DNA of 64,000 bases from Nitrospira sp. (GTDB taxonomy: Bacteria > Nitrospirota > Nitrospiria > Nitrospirales > Nitrospiraceae), in the NCBI GenBank assembly GCA_047150005.1, contig AP038806.1, positions 1,728,001 to 1,792,000 of the forward strand, read 5' to 3'. The notes under the pieces were generated by a model. It did no database searches and was not told the origin of the DNA. It saw nothing but the letters and a program-made list of their open reading frames with translations. Shown piece after piece: positions 46,001-55,535 of this stretch (positions are counted from its first letter, which is position 1; the number at the start of each line of letters is the position of its first letter). Position numbers and translations under genes: made by a program.

Positions 46001-48869
46001 CGAAAGTGTTGGCCTGCGTTCCCAGAAGGATGTCCGTGTTCGCCGCCGTGGCGGTGAACGACGTCGTGCCGGTCACAGTGAGTGCCCCTGATTGCGTGAG
46101 AGCCCCACCGGTCGTGAACGCCAGATTGCCGCTCACCGTGGAAGCGCCCAGGATCAGCGTATTGGTGTCTCGGAGACTGACATTGTTGCCGCTCGTGACG
46201 CTGACCGTGCTGAAGTTATTGGCTGAAGTGGCCAAGTTGATGGTATTGGCGGCGCCGGCCGCGAGCGTGGTCGCTCCGGTCACGGCCAGCACACCGCTCT
46301 GGGTCAGTGCCCCGTTCGTTGTGACACCCAATGTGCCGGAGACAGTGGAAGCGGCCAGCGCCAAGGCGTTCGTGTCCGTGAGGACGACATTGTTGCCGTT
46401 CGTGATACCGACGGTGCTGAAGTTGTTCCCCGCGTTGTTCAAGGTGATGTTGTTGGCGGCGCCGGCGGCCAAGGTGGTTGCGCCGGTCACCGTCAACGCG
46501 CCGGTTTGAGTGAGCGCTCCGGCGGTCGTAACGCCCAATGTTCCTGAAATCGTCGAGGCGCCGAGCGTCAACGCGTTGGCATCACGAAGGGCGACGTTAA
46601 AGGCTCGGCTGACACCGACCGCGCCGGTGAAGTCGTTACCCGCGGTATTGAGGGTGATATTCGCGGCAGCGGCACCGGTAGCGAGCGCGACGGTTCCCGC
46701 CGCGCCGGTGTTCATGGTCAGGGCTGCACCCTGCGTGATCGCGCCGCCGGTCGTGTTTCCTCCGACTGCCGCCTGCCCGCGGGTGGAAACCGTCGCGGTC
46801 CCGCCGTTCCCAGTCGTAATCGAGCCGCGTAAAGCAGCCGACCCTGTGCCGCCTGTCGGACTGTTGACGATGATCTGAACCGCATTAGCTCCGGTGTTGG
46901 TGGTGGCGATGGAACTGCCGGCGTTCATGGTGAAGTTCTGACCGCCTGCTCCGTCGCTATTGGCGTTGATCGTGACGGTGCCCGAACCCGCGTTGACTGC
47001 GCCGGAGAGCGTCACATTGAGCGGCGAGCTCATCGCAATGTTCCCGGTGGTGGTCAGGTTCCGGACGGTGGTGATGCTGCCGGGATCATAGTTGCCCGCA
47101 GTCGCCGGATCGATCGTCAGGCTGATGTTCCCTGAGCCGGAACTCAGGTGTGCTCCGACTCCAAAAGTGATGTCACCAGGGGTACCGTTCACGCGGTTCG
47201 CCAGAATCGACGACGAATCGTTTGCGGTCATCGAGATATGTCCGTTGTTTGTACTGACGGAGGCATTGACGTTGATGTCCCTCCCCGCCTGCATGGTGAG
47301 TCCGACGCCATTGTTCGTCATCGCCACGGCATTCGTCACGGTGATGTCGTTGTTGGCTTGGAGCACGACATTGGCCGCTGCCGCGTTGATGCTGGCGGGA
47401 GTAATAGTCACGTCTGCAGCCGGAGTATTCGCGAACAGATTGTTGACGCCGGGATTGTATGCGGCGCCTCCCGCTGTCGCGATGGTAATATTGCGAGGAT
47501 CCAACAGCAGGGTTCCCGCTGATCCGAGCGGAGCTAACGCATTGACGCTCCCGAAAAAGCCCAGATTCTCATGGCCCGAGACCTCGATCTGACCGCCGTT
47601 GCCACCGAGTGCTCCTCCTTGCGCCAGAAGCGAGCCGCCGAACGACGTGTTCTTGTCTGACCAGACTACGATGTTGCCGGCGCTGGAGTTTCCGACTCCT
47701 GACGTATTGATGAGACTGTCACTCGTCCCCACTGTCTGATCGGTGGATGAAATCAGTACGCGCCCGCCCTGGGCGCCATCGGCGCCTTTGGCCAGGATCG
47801 ATCCGACAACTCCCACTTGTTGAGCGGTTATCGTTACCTGGCCTTGTGCCGCCCCCGGTTGCGCCGCCGAGACATCGATCGTTCCGGTGTTGATGACGGC
47901 ACCATCTGCGTTCTTGACTCGGCCTAGATTGGTTTGCCACCCCACGCTGCCGGTGTTCGCAACGGGGTCGGACCCTTCCAAGCGAACGACGCCGCCGTGG
48001 TTCACGAGACTCTTTGCCCGAATGACCCCGCTTTGGTTGACGACGGATGAGAAGATATCGCCGGAGGCTTTCGCCGACAGGATGACCCGCCCTCCGTCAG
48101 CCTGGATGGTTCCGGAGTTGCTGACGGCTGAGGTCAGCGGTTTGCCGTCCATGCCCGTCACATGGTCGAGGACTTTCCCGCTTATGGCGTAATTGATGAG
48201 TCCGTCCCCCATGAGGTCCAGGGTCAGCTGTTGTCCCGAGCCAAGCAGCACCTTGCCGAGGTTGGCAACGATCAGTCCGTCATTGGCCACGCCGGGCGCG
48301 ACAAGGAAAACGAATCCATGGTCTGAAACCTGAATGGTGCCGTGGTTGATGACGCTTCGCAGGCCTTTCAGGGGATCTTGTGCAAAGAGCAAGCGGCCGG
48401 CCATGAAATCACTGTCACGAATCTGCAGCGTGGTTGCCAGAAGCCCGCCCACATCGATCTGGGCTCCGGCACCGAAGAGGATCCCATTGGGATTCACCAG
48501 GAAAATCCGACCGTTCGCCTGCAATTGACCGAGAATGACCGAGGGATCGACGCCGATCACCCGATTCAAGGCGATGGAACTCACCGACGGCTGTACGAAA
48601 CGCACCGCTTCATGCGCCCCAATTGAAAAGCTCTGCCAATTCAGAATGGCCTTGTCGGTCGTCTGCTGAATATTCAGCGTGGCGGGATTCGTCTGTTGAA
48701 TGGTCGCAAGCCCGCCGACGACGTGTCCGTCGCTGGGAAGGGCGGCGGCAAGGCTCGGAAGCGAGAGCTGAAGTGATGCGAGCGCAACACAGAGAATTTG
48801 GCGGAGCCCTGGCCAACGGCGCCGGGGGCCGGAAATCGCAATTATTATGTGGGGAGGCCGTCGCCTCAT
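40038..48869 (-). CDS. TpsA filamentous hemagglutinin-like adhesin (about 2940 aa)
   Basis: Signal peptide, TPS domain (ILNWQSFSI, LNRV, NPNGI), long A/G/T/N/L-rich beta-helix repeats; adjacent TpsB; start reassigned to MRRRPPH. Confidence 0.92.
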   Translation of the reverse strand: MRRRPPHIIIAISGPRRRWPGLRQILCVALASLQLSLPSLAAALPSDGHVVGGLATIQQTNPATLNIQQTTDKAILNWQSFSIGAHEAVRFVQPSVSSIALNRVIGVDPSVILGQLQANGRIFLVNPNGILFGAGAQIDVGGLLATTLQIRDSDFMAGRLLFAQDPLKGLRSVINHGTIQVSDHGFVFLVAPGVANDGLIVANLGKVLLGSGQQLTLDLMGDGLINYAISGKVLDHVTGMDGKPLTSAVSNSGTIQADGGRVILSAKASGDIFSSVVNQSGVIRAKSLVNHGGVVRLEGSDPVANTGSVGWQTNLGRVKNADGAVINTGTIDVSAAQPGAAQGQVTITAQQVGVVGSILAKGADGAQGGRVLISSTDQTVGTSDSLINTSGVGNSSAGNIVVWSDKNTSFGGSLLAQGGALGGNGGQIEVSGHENLGFFGSVNALAPLGSAGTLLLDPRNITIATAGGAAYNPGVNNLFANTPAADVTITPASINAAAANVVLQANNDITVTNAVAMTNNGVGLTMQAGRDINVNASVSTNNGHISMTANDSSSILANRVNGTPGDITFGVGAHLSSGSGNISLTIDPATAGNYDPGSITTVRNLTTTGNIAMSSPLNVTLSGAVNAGSGTVTINANSDGAGGQNFTMNAGSSIATTNTGANAVQIIVNSPTGGTGSAALRGSITTGNGGTATVSTRGQAAVGGNTTGGAITQGAALTMNTGAAGTVALATGAAAANITLNTAGNDFTGAVGVSRAFNVALRDANALTLGASTISGTLGVTTAGALTQTGALTVTGATTLAAGAANNITLNNAGNNFSTVGITNGNNVVLTDTNALALAASTVSGTLGVTTNGALTQSGVLAVTGATTLAAGAANTINLATSANNFSTVSVTSGNNVSLRDTNTLILGASTVSGNLAFTTGGALTQSGALTVTGTTSFTATAANTDILLGTQANTFGGALSFAGTLGNFRDLSIRNVNAGATVPALAGLTALRNLALQFDNAAVALPALTLAAGGSLNVTAGGPITDSGNIIIPGTTTLTAGANNVTLDNANNFTGAVSVVSGNNVTLNDVNAVVLGPSTVSGSLNVTAVGGVTQTGALNVSGTTTLAAGAANTITLTNAGNNFSTVGIISGSNVALTDATALDLAASTVSGNLVLTIGGALTQSGALAVTGTTQFSATAANTDVLLGTQANNFGGALAFGGTQANFRDVSLRNVNAGATVPVLAGLTNLRNLTLQFDNAAITLPATTLTAGGNLTVTAGGAITDTGNLVVPGTTTLTAGANNITLDNANNFATVSVVSGNNVTLTDSNALDLGASTISGTLGVTSGGAITQSGALNVTGTTTLAAGAANNITLNNAGNTFSTVGITSGNNVALTDSNALDLGASTVSGTLNVTTNGALTQSGAVTVAGTTTLAAGAANTITLTNAANNFSTVGIISGNNVALTDSNALDLGASTISGTFGVTTGGTLSQSGVLAVTGATTATATAVNTDVLLGTQANNFTGGVSFGGTQANFRDVQLRNVNAGATVPALAGLTNLRNLTLTFDTAPIALPALTLTAGGNLNVTAGGAITETGNLVVPGTTTLTAGANNITLDNANNFATVSVVSGNNVTLNDINALDLGASTISGTLNVTTNGALTQSGAVTVAGTTTLAAGTANNITLNNAGNNFSTVGITSGNNVALTDSNALDLGASTISGTLSVTTNGALTQSGAVTVAGITTLAAGAANNITLNNAGNNFSTVGITSGNNVALTDSNALNLAASTVSGALTVTAGGAISQTGALNVAGTANFDTTAAATLGSVSLTNSTALTLNTSTVGGNLTAATTAGDLTLPAGQTLTVVGDATLTPAGNVNLLGTTRIGGTQASVGGSGSTFVLGADTNLNALPLPGTGNITVNTTGTTATFAGPPLLPSAITLNNAGNQFGGPVSVTTAAPAFTGTTTATHNLTQSAPVTLNVGQSLTVTDLGGTAGTRGNITLTNAGNSFETVTFTGGNIAWAETGPVTIGSVSANAGATSTGTLAITATGPLTQTGAITAAGTTTLAAGAANTITLTNAGNNFSTVGITSGNNVALTDSNALDLGASTISGTLGVTTGGTLSQSGVLAVTGATTATAIAVNTDVLLGTQANNFTGGVSFGGTQANFRDVQLRNVNAGATVPALAGLTNLRNLTLTFDTAPIALPALTLTAGGNLNVTAGGAITETGALTIPGTTTLATTVAGADILLNTQANNFTGAVSFGGTQSNIRDLGLRNVNAGATVPALAGLTNLRNLTLTFDNASITLLALTASGNLTATAGGAISQTGALNVAGTANFDTTAAATLGSVSLTNSTALTLNTSTVGGNLTAATTAGDLTLPAGQTLTVVGDATLTPAGNVNLLGTTRIGGTQASVGGSGSTFVLGADTNLNALPLPGTGNITVNTTGTTATFAGPPLLPSAITLNNAGNQFGGPVSVTTAAPAFTGTTTATHNLTQSAPVTLNVGQSLTVTDLGGTAGTRGNITLTNAGNSFETVTFTGGNIAWAETGPVTIGSVSANAGATSTGTLAITATGPLTQTGAITAAGTTTLAAGAANTITLTNAGNNFSTVGITSGNNVALTDSNALDLGASTVNGTLNVTTNGALTQSGAVTVAGTTTLAAGAANNITLTNAGNNFSTVGITSGNNVALTDANALDLAASTVSGSLSANAADLTIGGAVASTGSILNLAAVNSVTQLAGLSTTGANSITVTAGGPITMAAAATTTSGTGNLNYTAGTDVTLGSVSTGGAVDVIANGGSVLSAAGAGTNVTAGANSTLQAFNGVVGTQAAPITVTVNPGTLSIRATDAVSGISAFLNGAVLPSNSLILLNVPPGLVCFNACPPPPNNNPLGPFSGIIPSFNVDSVVPWYLQQPSDPPMISVFSTYVPQSVLAEERADVQGTEKSVRREVAPCFPLSSCMPPATTLSAPAGKEAGIAR
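41074..43565. repeat. 935-bp direct repeat (41074-42008 and 42631-43565, offset 1557)
   Basis: Identical shadow ORFs at offset 1557; boundaries read from the sequence. Confidence 0.9.
42276..44543. repeat. 393-bp near-identical direct repeat (42276-42668 and 44151-44543, offset 1875)
   Basis: Two substitutions seen by eye between the copies. Confidence 0.85.
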
Positions 48870-49056
48870 CGCTCCGAAAGACTCCTCTTGGTTAGAGTGT
48901 AGCCGAGGGACGGCGACTCGTCCTGAGGCGAAGAATGTGCCCCCGAGGGACGACAGCCGTATCGAGAGCGGGAAGGCCATCCTTTCCGTGGACGGCATGA
49001 TGTCCCACAAAGGCGTATTCGAAAAGTGTGGAGCAGGTGAAGGGCACTCATACTGC

Positions 49057-50682
49057 TTAGAATCTCGCAATGGCCTGTATATAGATGATTGGAGAGCGAT
49101 CCCCAGAAATCGTGCCTCCGCTTGGCTTGGGTCCCAAGGGAAACCCTACGTCAAACCGCAGCTTGGTCGAATAGTACGGTAGTTCGGTCTGGAGCCCGAA
49201 CCCCGTACCGGTCAGATTGGTTGACGCGACCTCGCCCGGTTGAGGATTCTTAAGCCGACCTGCGCCGTAATCGATGAAGACGTCACCCTGCAATTGCTTC
49301 AACGGGGCGGGCATCAGGGAGGGGAAAATCGGGATCCGTGTTTCGGCGGAGAGGGTATAGCCTTCGTCCACGAACCGTTCGCCGAGTTGATAGCCTCGCA
49401 CCGAATCAGGTCCCCCCAGGAGCATCTGCTCGATGACGACGAGAGGACGTGTCGTCAACTGGCCGCTTGCCCTCAGGAGCAGCAGCACATCATGACCCAG
49501 GCTCTGGATTCGCCCGGCCGTCAAGGTTCCTTTCGTGAATCGGTCGTCTGCGCCTGCTCTGGTCGATTGCGGGTCATTGTTCTGCATGCCTCCCAACGCT
49601 TCGCCGAGTCCCTGGAAACCGTAGAGCGAGAAGTACGTACGACCGGATAGGTCGAGACGATCGTAGTTGACTCCCAACTTCAACTCCCGAATTCGATCGT
49701 CGCCGGTCTGCTGACTGAGAGTGAAGAGCTGATTGTTCTTTCCCGCGAAACCGAAATCGGCGAGCAGGGACTGAAACCGCGTTTTGATGAAAGGGTGGTT
49801 CACCGAGACATCAAACGTCTGGATGCGGCCTTCGATGCCAAGGGCCGCCAGTTCCGCTCCCACGTTGAAGAGGCCTCCCGATCCGGACAGGACCAGCTTC
49901 GTTCCGTGCACGCCGAGAGGGACTGCATAGGCGCCGAAACCGAAGAGCAACTGATCGGGATGATTTCCGATGATGCCGTTCAGGTTAAGCGTGGCGCCGT
50001 CGAACAGGACGTTCCCGGCTTCGACTCCGGCGCCGACGCGGTAACGAGAAATCGTGTTGAAACCGTAGTTGTTGAAATCCACCGTGGCATGGAGCGGACG
50101 CTTGTCCTCGGCCTTGACCTGGATGTTGGTCGAACCGGTCGAGGCTCCCGGCTCCAAAACGGCCGATACCTTCAGGTCCGGATAATTGTTCAGCAACAGC
50201 AGAGCACGCTCCAACGCCACATTGCGGATGACGTTGTCTTCCATGGCTTGGGCGAAACTGCCGCGGATGAATTCCGTTGAATAGTGCCGATTACCCGTGA
50301 CGACGATGTCTCCGACCCGGCCCTCGAGTATGGCGATGTTCACCACGCCGAATCGGATGTCCTGTTGAGGAATATAAGCGGTGGCAAGCGTGTAGCCCTT
50401 ATTGTTGTAGAGGTCCTGGACGGTCCCGGCCACACGTTCAAGATCCGGTAATGCGAGCGACTGGCCGATATACGGCTGAGTAAGTCTCTCCAACTCCAGC
50501 TGTGAGACGACCGTGTTCCCCGTGAACGAAAACCCCTTTACCAGCAGATGGTCGCCATCGACCGATTCGCCGAAGCTCGGCGATGGGAGGGTTGAGGCGA
50601 CCGTGACGAAGAGGAGGACGGCCAACCCCCGAAACCCCTGCGCGTTGTGAATTGTCCCCTGGCCCATCTGTTGTCGCTTCAC
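49057..50682 (-). CDS. TpsB (ShlB/FhaC/HecB) outer-membrane transporter
   Basis: POTRA (FTGNTV, Y..KGY..A.AYIPQQDI..G...I.ILEG), LERALLLLN, GG..SVRGY, C-terminal Phe. Confidence 0.93.
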   Translation of the reverse strand: MKRQQMGQGTIHNAQGFRGLAVLLFVTVASTLPSPSFGESVDGDHLLVKGFSFTGNTVVSQLELERLTQPYIGQSLALPDLERVAGTVQDLYNNKGYTLATAYIPQQDIRFGVVNIAILEGRVGDIVVTGNRHYSTEFIRGSFAQAMEDNVIRNVALERALLLLNNYPDLKVSAVLEPGASTGSTNIQVKAEDKRPLHATVDFNNYGFNTISRYRVGAGVEAGNVLFDGATLNLNGIIGNHPDQLLFGFGAYAVPLGVHGTKLVLSGSGGLFNVGAELAALGIEGRIQTFDVSVNHPFIKTRFQSLLADFGFAGKNNQLFTLSQQTGDDRIRELKLGVNYDRLDLSGRTYFSLYGFQGLGEALGGMQNNDPQSTRAGADDRFTKGTLTAGRIQSLGHDVLLLLRASGQLTTRPLVVIEQMLLGGPDSVRGYQLGERFVDEGYTLSAETRIPIFPSLMPAPLKQLQGDVFIDYGAGRLKNPQPGEVASTNLTGTGFGLQTELPYYSTKLRFDVGFPLGPKPSGGTISGDRSPIIYIQAIARF

Positions 50683-50966
50683 TTTGCCGTCGAGCTATGC
50701 CAAGATGAGCCGGTCGCTGTGAGGTGCCTCGTGTTGATCCGGTCGTTGCTCATTCACCTGTTCCTGGTCGCCACGGGCTGCGTCGCTTACCCTGACACCT
50801 CTTCTGAGATTCGGAGCAAAACCGAATCGGGTGAAGGCGAGCCACCGCCTGCGGTCGAACGCACGGAGCCTCCCCAGCGGCCCACCACGACCTGTCCAGC
50901 CGGCATGCGAGGTTCTTGTTAGCGCTGTGGGTGACGAAACAAAAATACGTGCATTAGGGTCGTCTG

Positions 50967-50995
50967 ACCGTAGCGTGAACGGGTCAAACGGTCAA
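50967..50995 (-). promoter_or_regulatory. Possible sigma70 promoter of tpsB-tpsA
   Basis: TTGACC (50990-50995), 17 nt, TACGGT (50967-50972); implies a leader of about 280 nt. Confidence 0.45.
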
Positions 50996-51057
50996 TTTAT
51001 TGTCAGTTTTTGTACGTATGCTGGCTCGTTCTCGTTGAGAACGATTGAGGGGCGGTC

Positions 51058-51660
51058 ATGACCATCGGTGATGCGACGAAGACGGAAATGAAGCGTGACT
51101 TGGCTCGAGCCTTTCACGAGACTCAGTCGTTCAAGTGGGATTCAGAGGAGGGATTCGTGCTGGCTTCCGGTGAGAGGAGTCCGTACTACGTCGATTGTCG
51201 TTCGCTCATGGCCTATCCATCGGCACGGCGTCTCGTCGGGATTCTGGCCACTGAAGCCTTGCTCGGAGACGAGATTGACTGCCTCGGCGGACTCGAGATC
51301 GGCGCCATCTCGATCGCGACGACCATTTCGGATTGCGGATATCGGGCCACTCCGCCACGCGACTGGCGTACGTTTGTCGTGCGCAAGCAAGCCAAGGACC
51401 ATGGCTTGGGGAAATTGATCGAAGGGGCCGTGCGACCGGGAGACCGGGCCCTCATTGTCGATGACGTGTTGACCAGCGGAGGCTCTCTGTTGAAGGCGGT
51501 GGCGACGGCCCGACAGACCGGGTTGATCGTACAGCGGGCGCTCGTGATTGTGGATCGGAAGGAGCAGAACGGCCGTGCGCGCGTGGAGCAAGAAGGCGTC
51601 TCGCTCATCGCGCTTCTGACGATCGAGGATCTCACCCGTCAGCAGGCGACGCCGGCCTGA
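51058..51660 (+). CDS. pyrE: Orotate phosphoribosyltransferase
   Basis: FVLASGERSPYYVDCR, VRKQAKDHG, IVDDVLTSGGS PRPP motif. Confidence 0.95.
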   Translation: MTIGDATKTEMKRDLARAFHETQSFKWDSEEGFVLASGERSPYYVDCRSLMAYPSARRLVGILATEALLGDEIDCLGGLEIGAISIATTISDCGYRATPPRDWRTFVVRKQAKDHGLGKLIEGAVRPGDRALIVDDVLTSGGSLLKAVATARQTGLIVQRALVIVDRKEQNGRARVEQEGVSLIALLTIEDLTRQQATPA

Positions 51661-51686
51661 GCGGTCGGTGACACCGCTCGCCCGCG

Positions 51687-51998
51687 TTACTTGCATCGAA
51701 ACTCAATACCCCATCGCCGCTCACGCACCATTTCTTGAGACCCCTGGACCGCCCCGGCAATTCGAGCCCGCCCTTTGGCTTCGCCCTCGCGAACGATCGT
51801 ATAAGGACCGCCGCACTTTTCTTTAATCAGCCCCAGCGCCTCTGTCCGAAACGTAGAGAGCATGGCCCCCTGGTCGCCTTTAAATGGGTACACCACGACG
51901 CCGCTGTCTCCGTTATCCTGTACGAGCTTGGCGCCTTCGGCACAACCGGCCAGGCAGATCAGCAGCAACGAAACCCTGAGGCTTGACCCGATCTTCAT
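51687..51998 (-). CDS. Hypothetical lipoprotein
   Basis: MKIGSSLRVSLLLICLAGC lipobox; AGGAG RBS. Confidence 0.7.
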   Translation of the reverse strand: MKIGSSLRVSLLLICLAGCAEGAKLVQDNGDSGVVVYPFKGDQGAMLSTFRTEALGLIKEKCGGPYTIVREGEAKGRARIAGAVQGSQEMVRERRWGIEFRCK

Positions 51999-52077
51999 GA
52001 GGCTCCTATCATAATAGTTATTGTCATCGGCTCTGTCGAACGATTCACCACGCTTGCCGTCGTGCAGGAGGCTTATC

Positions 52078-52503
52078 ATGATCACACGACTATTGGTGCT
52101 CTGCGGAGGCGCCCTGTTGTTGTCGGCGCTGACAATCGGCATCGTCTCGGCGCATCATTCGTATCTACTGACCGTGCAGCAGTTGAAAGCCGGATTGAAC
52201 AAAGCTCCTTCGCCCGCCCAGAAAGGATTCATTCTGGTTGATGTCCGCTCGGCCGAAGAACATGCCGGAGGCTACATTCCGAGCACCGACTTCAACATCG
52301 ATTTTCGCGAAATCAAGGCACGTCACCGGGATCTCGGCGCGGACTACGGTGATCATATCGTGGTCTATTGTCAATCGGGCCATCGCAGCAACATTGCGGC
52401 GGAGACGCTGGCCGATCTGGGGTACACGCGGGTGTACAATGTCAACGGCAGCATGAACGCCTGGATGGAAGCGGGCTATCCCGTTGCATCAGCGGGGCGC
52501 TGA
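52078..52503 (+). CDS. Exported rhodanese-like protein
   Basis: Signal peptide, LVDVRS.EEH..GYIP, VVYCQSGHRS, GSMNAW; AGGAGG RBS. Confidence 0.9.
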   Translation: MITRLLVLCGGALLLSALTIGIVSAHHSYLLTVQQLKAGLNKAPSPAQKGFILVDVRSAEEHAGGYIPSTDFNIDFREIKARHRDLGADYGDHIVVYCQSGHRSNIAAETLADLGYTRVYNVNGSMNAWMEAGYPVASAGR

Positions 52504-53430
52504 CTTCCGCGGTGGGATCTCCCGGGAGGGCGCGGACGGGCGTCTCGGGCTGATGCCGATGACGGCGGGCAATCCGATATGGCCCGCGCTTGTGTCGGCC
52601 AGAAACGACATCCACGCGGCCCCAAGATTGGCGTGAGTCGCCTTGCGGCGCAGCACGGGAGCCAGCGCGACGTCGGAAGACGATCCTCCATCCATCGCCA
52701 TGGCCCTCCGGATCGCCGGAAACGCCTCGTGTAGACATTGACCGATGTCGAACAACGTCGAAGGTTGAGTCGTCTTGACCACCAGCACCTGCCCGCCGGT
52801 TTCTTCCGCCAGGATCGTTTGATGTGCTTGTTTTCCTGACCGTCGCACGCGAATCGTCCCATTCTCATCCAGCAGCATGAGTGATTGCGCCGCTTCTCGA
52901 TAGGGAACTTGCCGGACGTCAAAGGATTCGACAGAAAGATCCAGAATCCTGACGGGAGGAGCGCCGGCCTCGGTCGGCTCCGCGACGAACAGCCCAAACC
53001 ACGTCCCGTGTTGTTTGCCGCCGAGCGAGAGTCCGTTGCCGAACAACAGCCCAAGATAGGCGAAGTTTTCACGAAAAAGGCCGGCGTTGAATACAAGATC
53101 GTGACCCATCCTCGCCTGCCATTCATGGATGTCGGGCGGTTGAGCCAGCCGCTCGTTTCGATAGTAATGCACCGCGAACCGATAGCGATCGGGGTCGATC
53201 CCGATCATGAGCAACGGCGGGACATCCGGACAGGGAGTCGACCAGAGCGTCACGCGCAATCCGTCGGTGAGATGGTCCCAGGTGGGAGGTTGGGCCCATG
53301 CCGTGGTCAGGCTACAGGTCAGCGTCGTTAGGGATGCGAGCCAGAGCAAATAGAGACAACGGCAAGCCCGGGTGAACCCGGTGGGACGGGATGAAGCGTA
53401 CCGGAATATCATCGCCGGATAAGTGGGCAT
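52489..53430 (-). CDS. Phosphodiester glycosidase (NAGPA/DUF2233-like) protein
   Basis: FNAGLF and AMAMDGGSSS motifs; signal-like N-terminus. Confidence 0.7.
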   Translation of the reverse strand: MPTYPAMIFRYASSRPTGFTRACRCLYLLWLASLTTLTCSLTTAWAQPPTWDHLTDGLRVTLWSTPCPDVPPLLMIGIDPDRYRFAVHYYRNERLAQPPDIHEWQARMGHDLVFNAGLFRENFAYLGLLFGNGLSLGGKQHGTWFGLFVAEPTEAGAPPVRILDLSVESFDVRQVPYREAAQSLMLLDENGTIRVRRSGKQAHQTILAEETGGQVLVVKTTQPSTLFDIGQCLHEAFPAIRRAMAMDGGSSSDVALAPVLRRKATHANLGAAWMSFLADTSAGHIGLPAVIGISPRRPSAPSREIPPRKSAPR

Positions 53431-53447
53431 GAAACCATTGCAAACCG

Positions 53448-55061
53448 TTACCGCCTTCGTCCGGACGAACGCCCGGACACGGCCTTTGACCGTGGGACGG
53501 TCGTGTCGAGAAGTTGGCGTACCGTCTGAGCCAAGACCTCTGGCGTGAACGGCTTCTGTAGGAATGCCGTGGTTCCATCCTCTTGGCCGGACAAAATCCC
53601 GATGTCGTCCGTGTAACCCGACATGAACACAATACGCAGATCCGGCTTGATGACCAATAGGTGGTTTGCCAGTTCCCGGCCACCCATGCTGGGCATGACC
53701 ATATCGGTCAGCAGCAGGTGCAAGGATCCGACATGCTGGCTGGCGAGTAAACAGGCCTCGATGCCGTTTTTTGACTCGATCACATGGTAGCCCAGCTTTC
53801 TGAGTTCGTCGCGAACCAGCATCCGAACGCTCTCATCGTCTTCGACCAGGAGGATTGTTTCGGTACCTCGGCGGGGCGGGCCATGTTCCTCCTGTGCCGG
53901 CGAGAGGATTTCCCCCTGGGTATTGGGAAAATAGATGTCGAATCTCGTGCCGCAGCCGAGGCGGCTGCTGACATCGATCGCACCGCCGCATTGCGTGACG
54001 ATCCCGAAGACGGTCGACAGGCCCAGACCGCTGCCCTTGTCCTCCTCTTTCGTCGTATAAAAGGGTTCGAAGAGATGTGACCGTGTCTGGCGATCCATGC
54101 CGCATCCTGTGTCGCTTACCGACAGTCTGACGTACGGCCCGGGAGTCAGCGGCCTTACGTGATACGGCGGACTCGTCGTGATGTCCACGAGGGCGGACTC
54201 GATCGTCAGAATCCCACCGTTGGCCATCGCGTCCCTTGCGTTGACGACCAAGTTCATCACCACTTGTTCCAACTGGGCTTGATCGGCCCGTACATGGCTG
54301 TTGGAAGGATCAAGTGCGAGAGCTAAACGAATGTCGGCGCCGATCAGCCGTCGCAGCATGCCTTCGAGGTTCGTGATGACGCCGTTCATGACGAGAAACT
54401 TCGGTTCAAGGGGTTGCTTTCGGCTGAATGTCAGGAGCTGGCGGATCAGCAGGGCGGCCCGTTCGCAGGCCTTGAGGGTTTCATCGATCTTGCCGTGCAG
54501 CGGATGGTCCGATCCCAGATCAGTCGACAGGACGTGACCGTATCCCATGATGACGGTCAGCAGATTATTGAAGTCATGGGCGATGCCTCCCGCGAGGCGG
54601 CCGACAGCTTCCATCTTTTGCGCCTGCCGAAACTGTTTCTCGCTCTGTCTGAGGGCCTCTTCGGCCCGTTGCCGCTCCCGGCGTTCGTCGCGCTCCCTTA
54701 GCGCCCGTTGAACGGACGGTACCAGCCTCCCCAGGCGCTGCTTCAACACGTAGTCCGTCGCCCCCTGATGCATCGCGTCGATCGCGAGTTCTTCACCGAT
54801 CAAGGCGGAGACGAACAGGAAAGGAACCTCCGGAGCATATTGGCGGGCCAGCGCCAGGGCGCTCATGCCGTCAAATCCCGGCAGAGAGTAATCCGCCAGG
54901 ATCAGGTCCGTGGCTCCCGTCTTGAGCGCGGCCAGGAAGGTGGGGCGGGTATCCACTCGATGAGCGGCGCACATCAGTCCTGCTTCGGTCAACGTCGCGA
55001 TGACCAACTCGGCGTCGACCGGATTATCTTCAAGATGCAGCAGACGGAGCGGCTGGTTCAC
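53448..55061 (-). CDS. Hybrid kinase REC-HisKA-HATPase-REC
   Basis: [56 protein letters not shown]-terminal receiver. Confidence 0.93.
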   Translation of the reverse strand: MNQPLRLLHLEDNPVDAELVIATLTEAGLMCAAHRVDTRPTFLAALKTGATDLILADYSLPGFDGMSALALARQYAPEVPFLFVSALIGEELAIDAMHQGATDYVLKQRLGRLVPSVQRALRERDERRERQRAEEALRQSEKQFRQAQKMEAVGRLAGGIAHDFNNLLTVIMGYGHVLSTDLGSDHPLHGKIDETLKACERAALLIRQLLTFSRKQPLEPKFLVMNGVITNLEGMLRRLIGADIRLALALDPSNSHVRADQAQLEQVVMNLVVNARDAMANGGILTIESALVDITTSPPYHVRPLTPGPYVRLSVSDTGCGMDRQTRSHLFEPFYTTKEEDKGSGLGLSTVFGIVTQCGGAIDVSSRLGCGTRFDIYFPNTQGEILSPAQEEHGPPRRGTETILLVEDDESVRMLVRDELRKLGYHVIESKNGIEACLLASQHVGSLHLLLTDMVMPSMGGRELANHLLVIKPDLRIVFMSGYTDDIGILSGQEDGTTAFLQKPFTPEVLAQTVRQLLDTTVPRSKAVSGRSSGRRR

Positions 55062-55079
55062 TTGTCCTTTACGGAGAGG

Positions 55080-55535
55080 TTAGGAGCGAGACTCAATGCC
55101 GGGTGGCGGGGGCTCGTTGATGACCCCCCAGAAGACTCCCAGCTCTTTGACGGCCGTGATGAATTGATGAAACTCAACCGGCTTGACCACGTAGGCGTTG
55201 GCCCCCAGGGCATAGCTCTCGGCGAGGTCGCGTTCCTCTCTCGACGAGGTCAGCATCACAACCGGAATCGGTTTGAGATCCGCGTCGTTCTTGATGGTCC
55301 GCAACACTTCCAGCCCATCGATCTTCGGCATCTTAAGATCCAGGAAGACGACGGCCGGGTTTCCCTGCTGGCGCCCCCGATAGGAGCCGCGACAATACAA
55401 GTAGTCGAGCACCTCGGCTCCATCGTGGCAGACGACCACCTTATCGGCGATGTGGTGCTCTTCCATGGCGGCGAGTGCCAGCTCCGCGTCCCTCGGATTG
55501 TCTTCAGCGAGCAGGATGGGTTTCACGGTGGTCAT
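55080..55535 (-). CDS. Single-domain response regulator (Rcp1-like)
   Basis: ILLAEDN, FLDLKMPKIDGLEVL, PVVMLTSS, NAYVVKPV. Confidence 0.93.
   Translation of the reverse strand: MTTVKPILLAEDNPRDAELALAAMEEHHIADKVVVCHDGAEVLDYLYCRGSYRGRQQGNPAVVFLDLKMPKIDGLEVLRTIKNDADLKPIPVVMLTSSREERDLAESYALGANAYVVKPVEFHQFITAVKELGVFWGVINEPPPPGIESRS

Noticed and set aside
40654..48200. Long plus-strand ORFs and CRISPR-like periodicity opposite tpsA
   Set aside because: Antisense shadows of a repetitive GC-rich gene; repeats are in-frame coding modules without unique spacers, and no cas genes are present
34064..50700. tRNA-Leu-anchored genomic island
   Set aside because: No integrase next to the tRNA and no convincing duplicate of its 3' end found by eye
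50838..50849. ops-like antitermination element (GGCGGTGGCTCG, minus strand) in the tpsB leader
   Set aside because: Two mismatches to GGCGGTAGnnTG in GC-rich DNA and no RfaH/NusG paralog in the window; chance match likely
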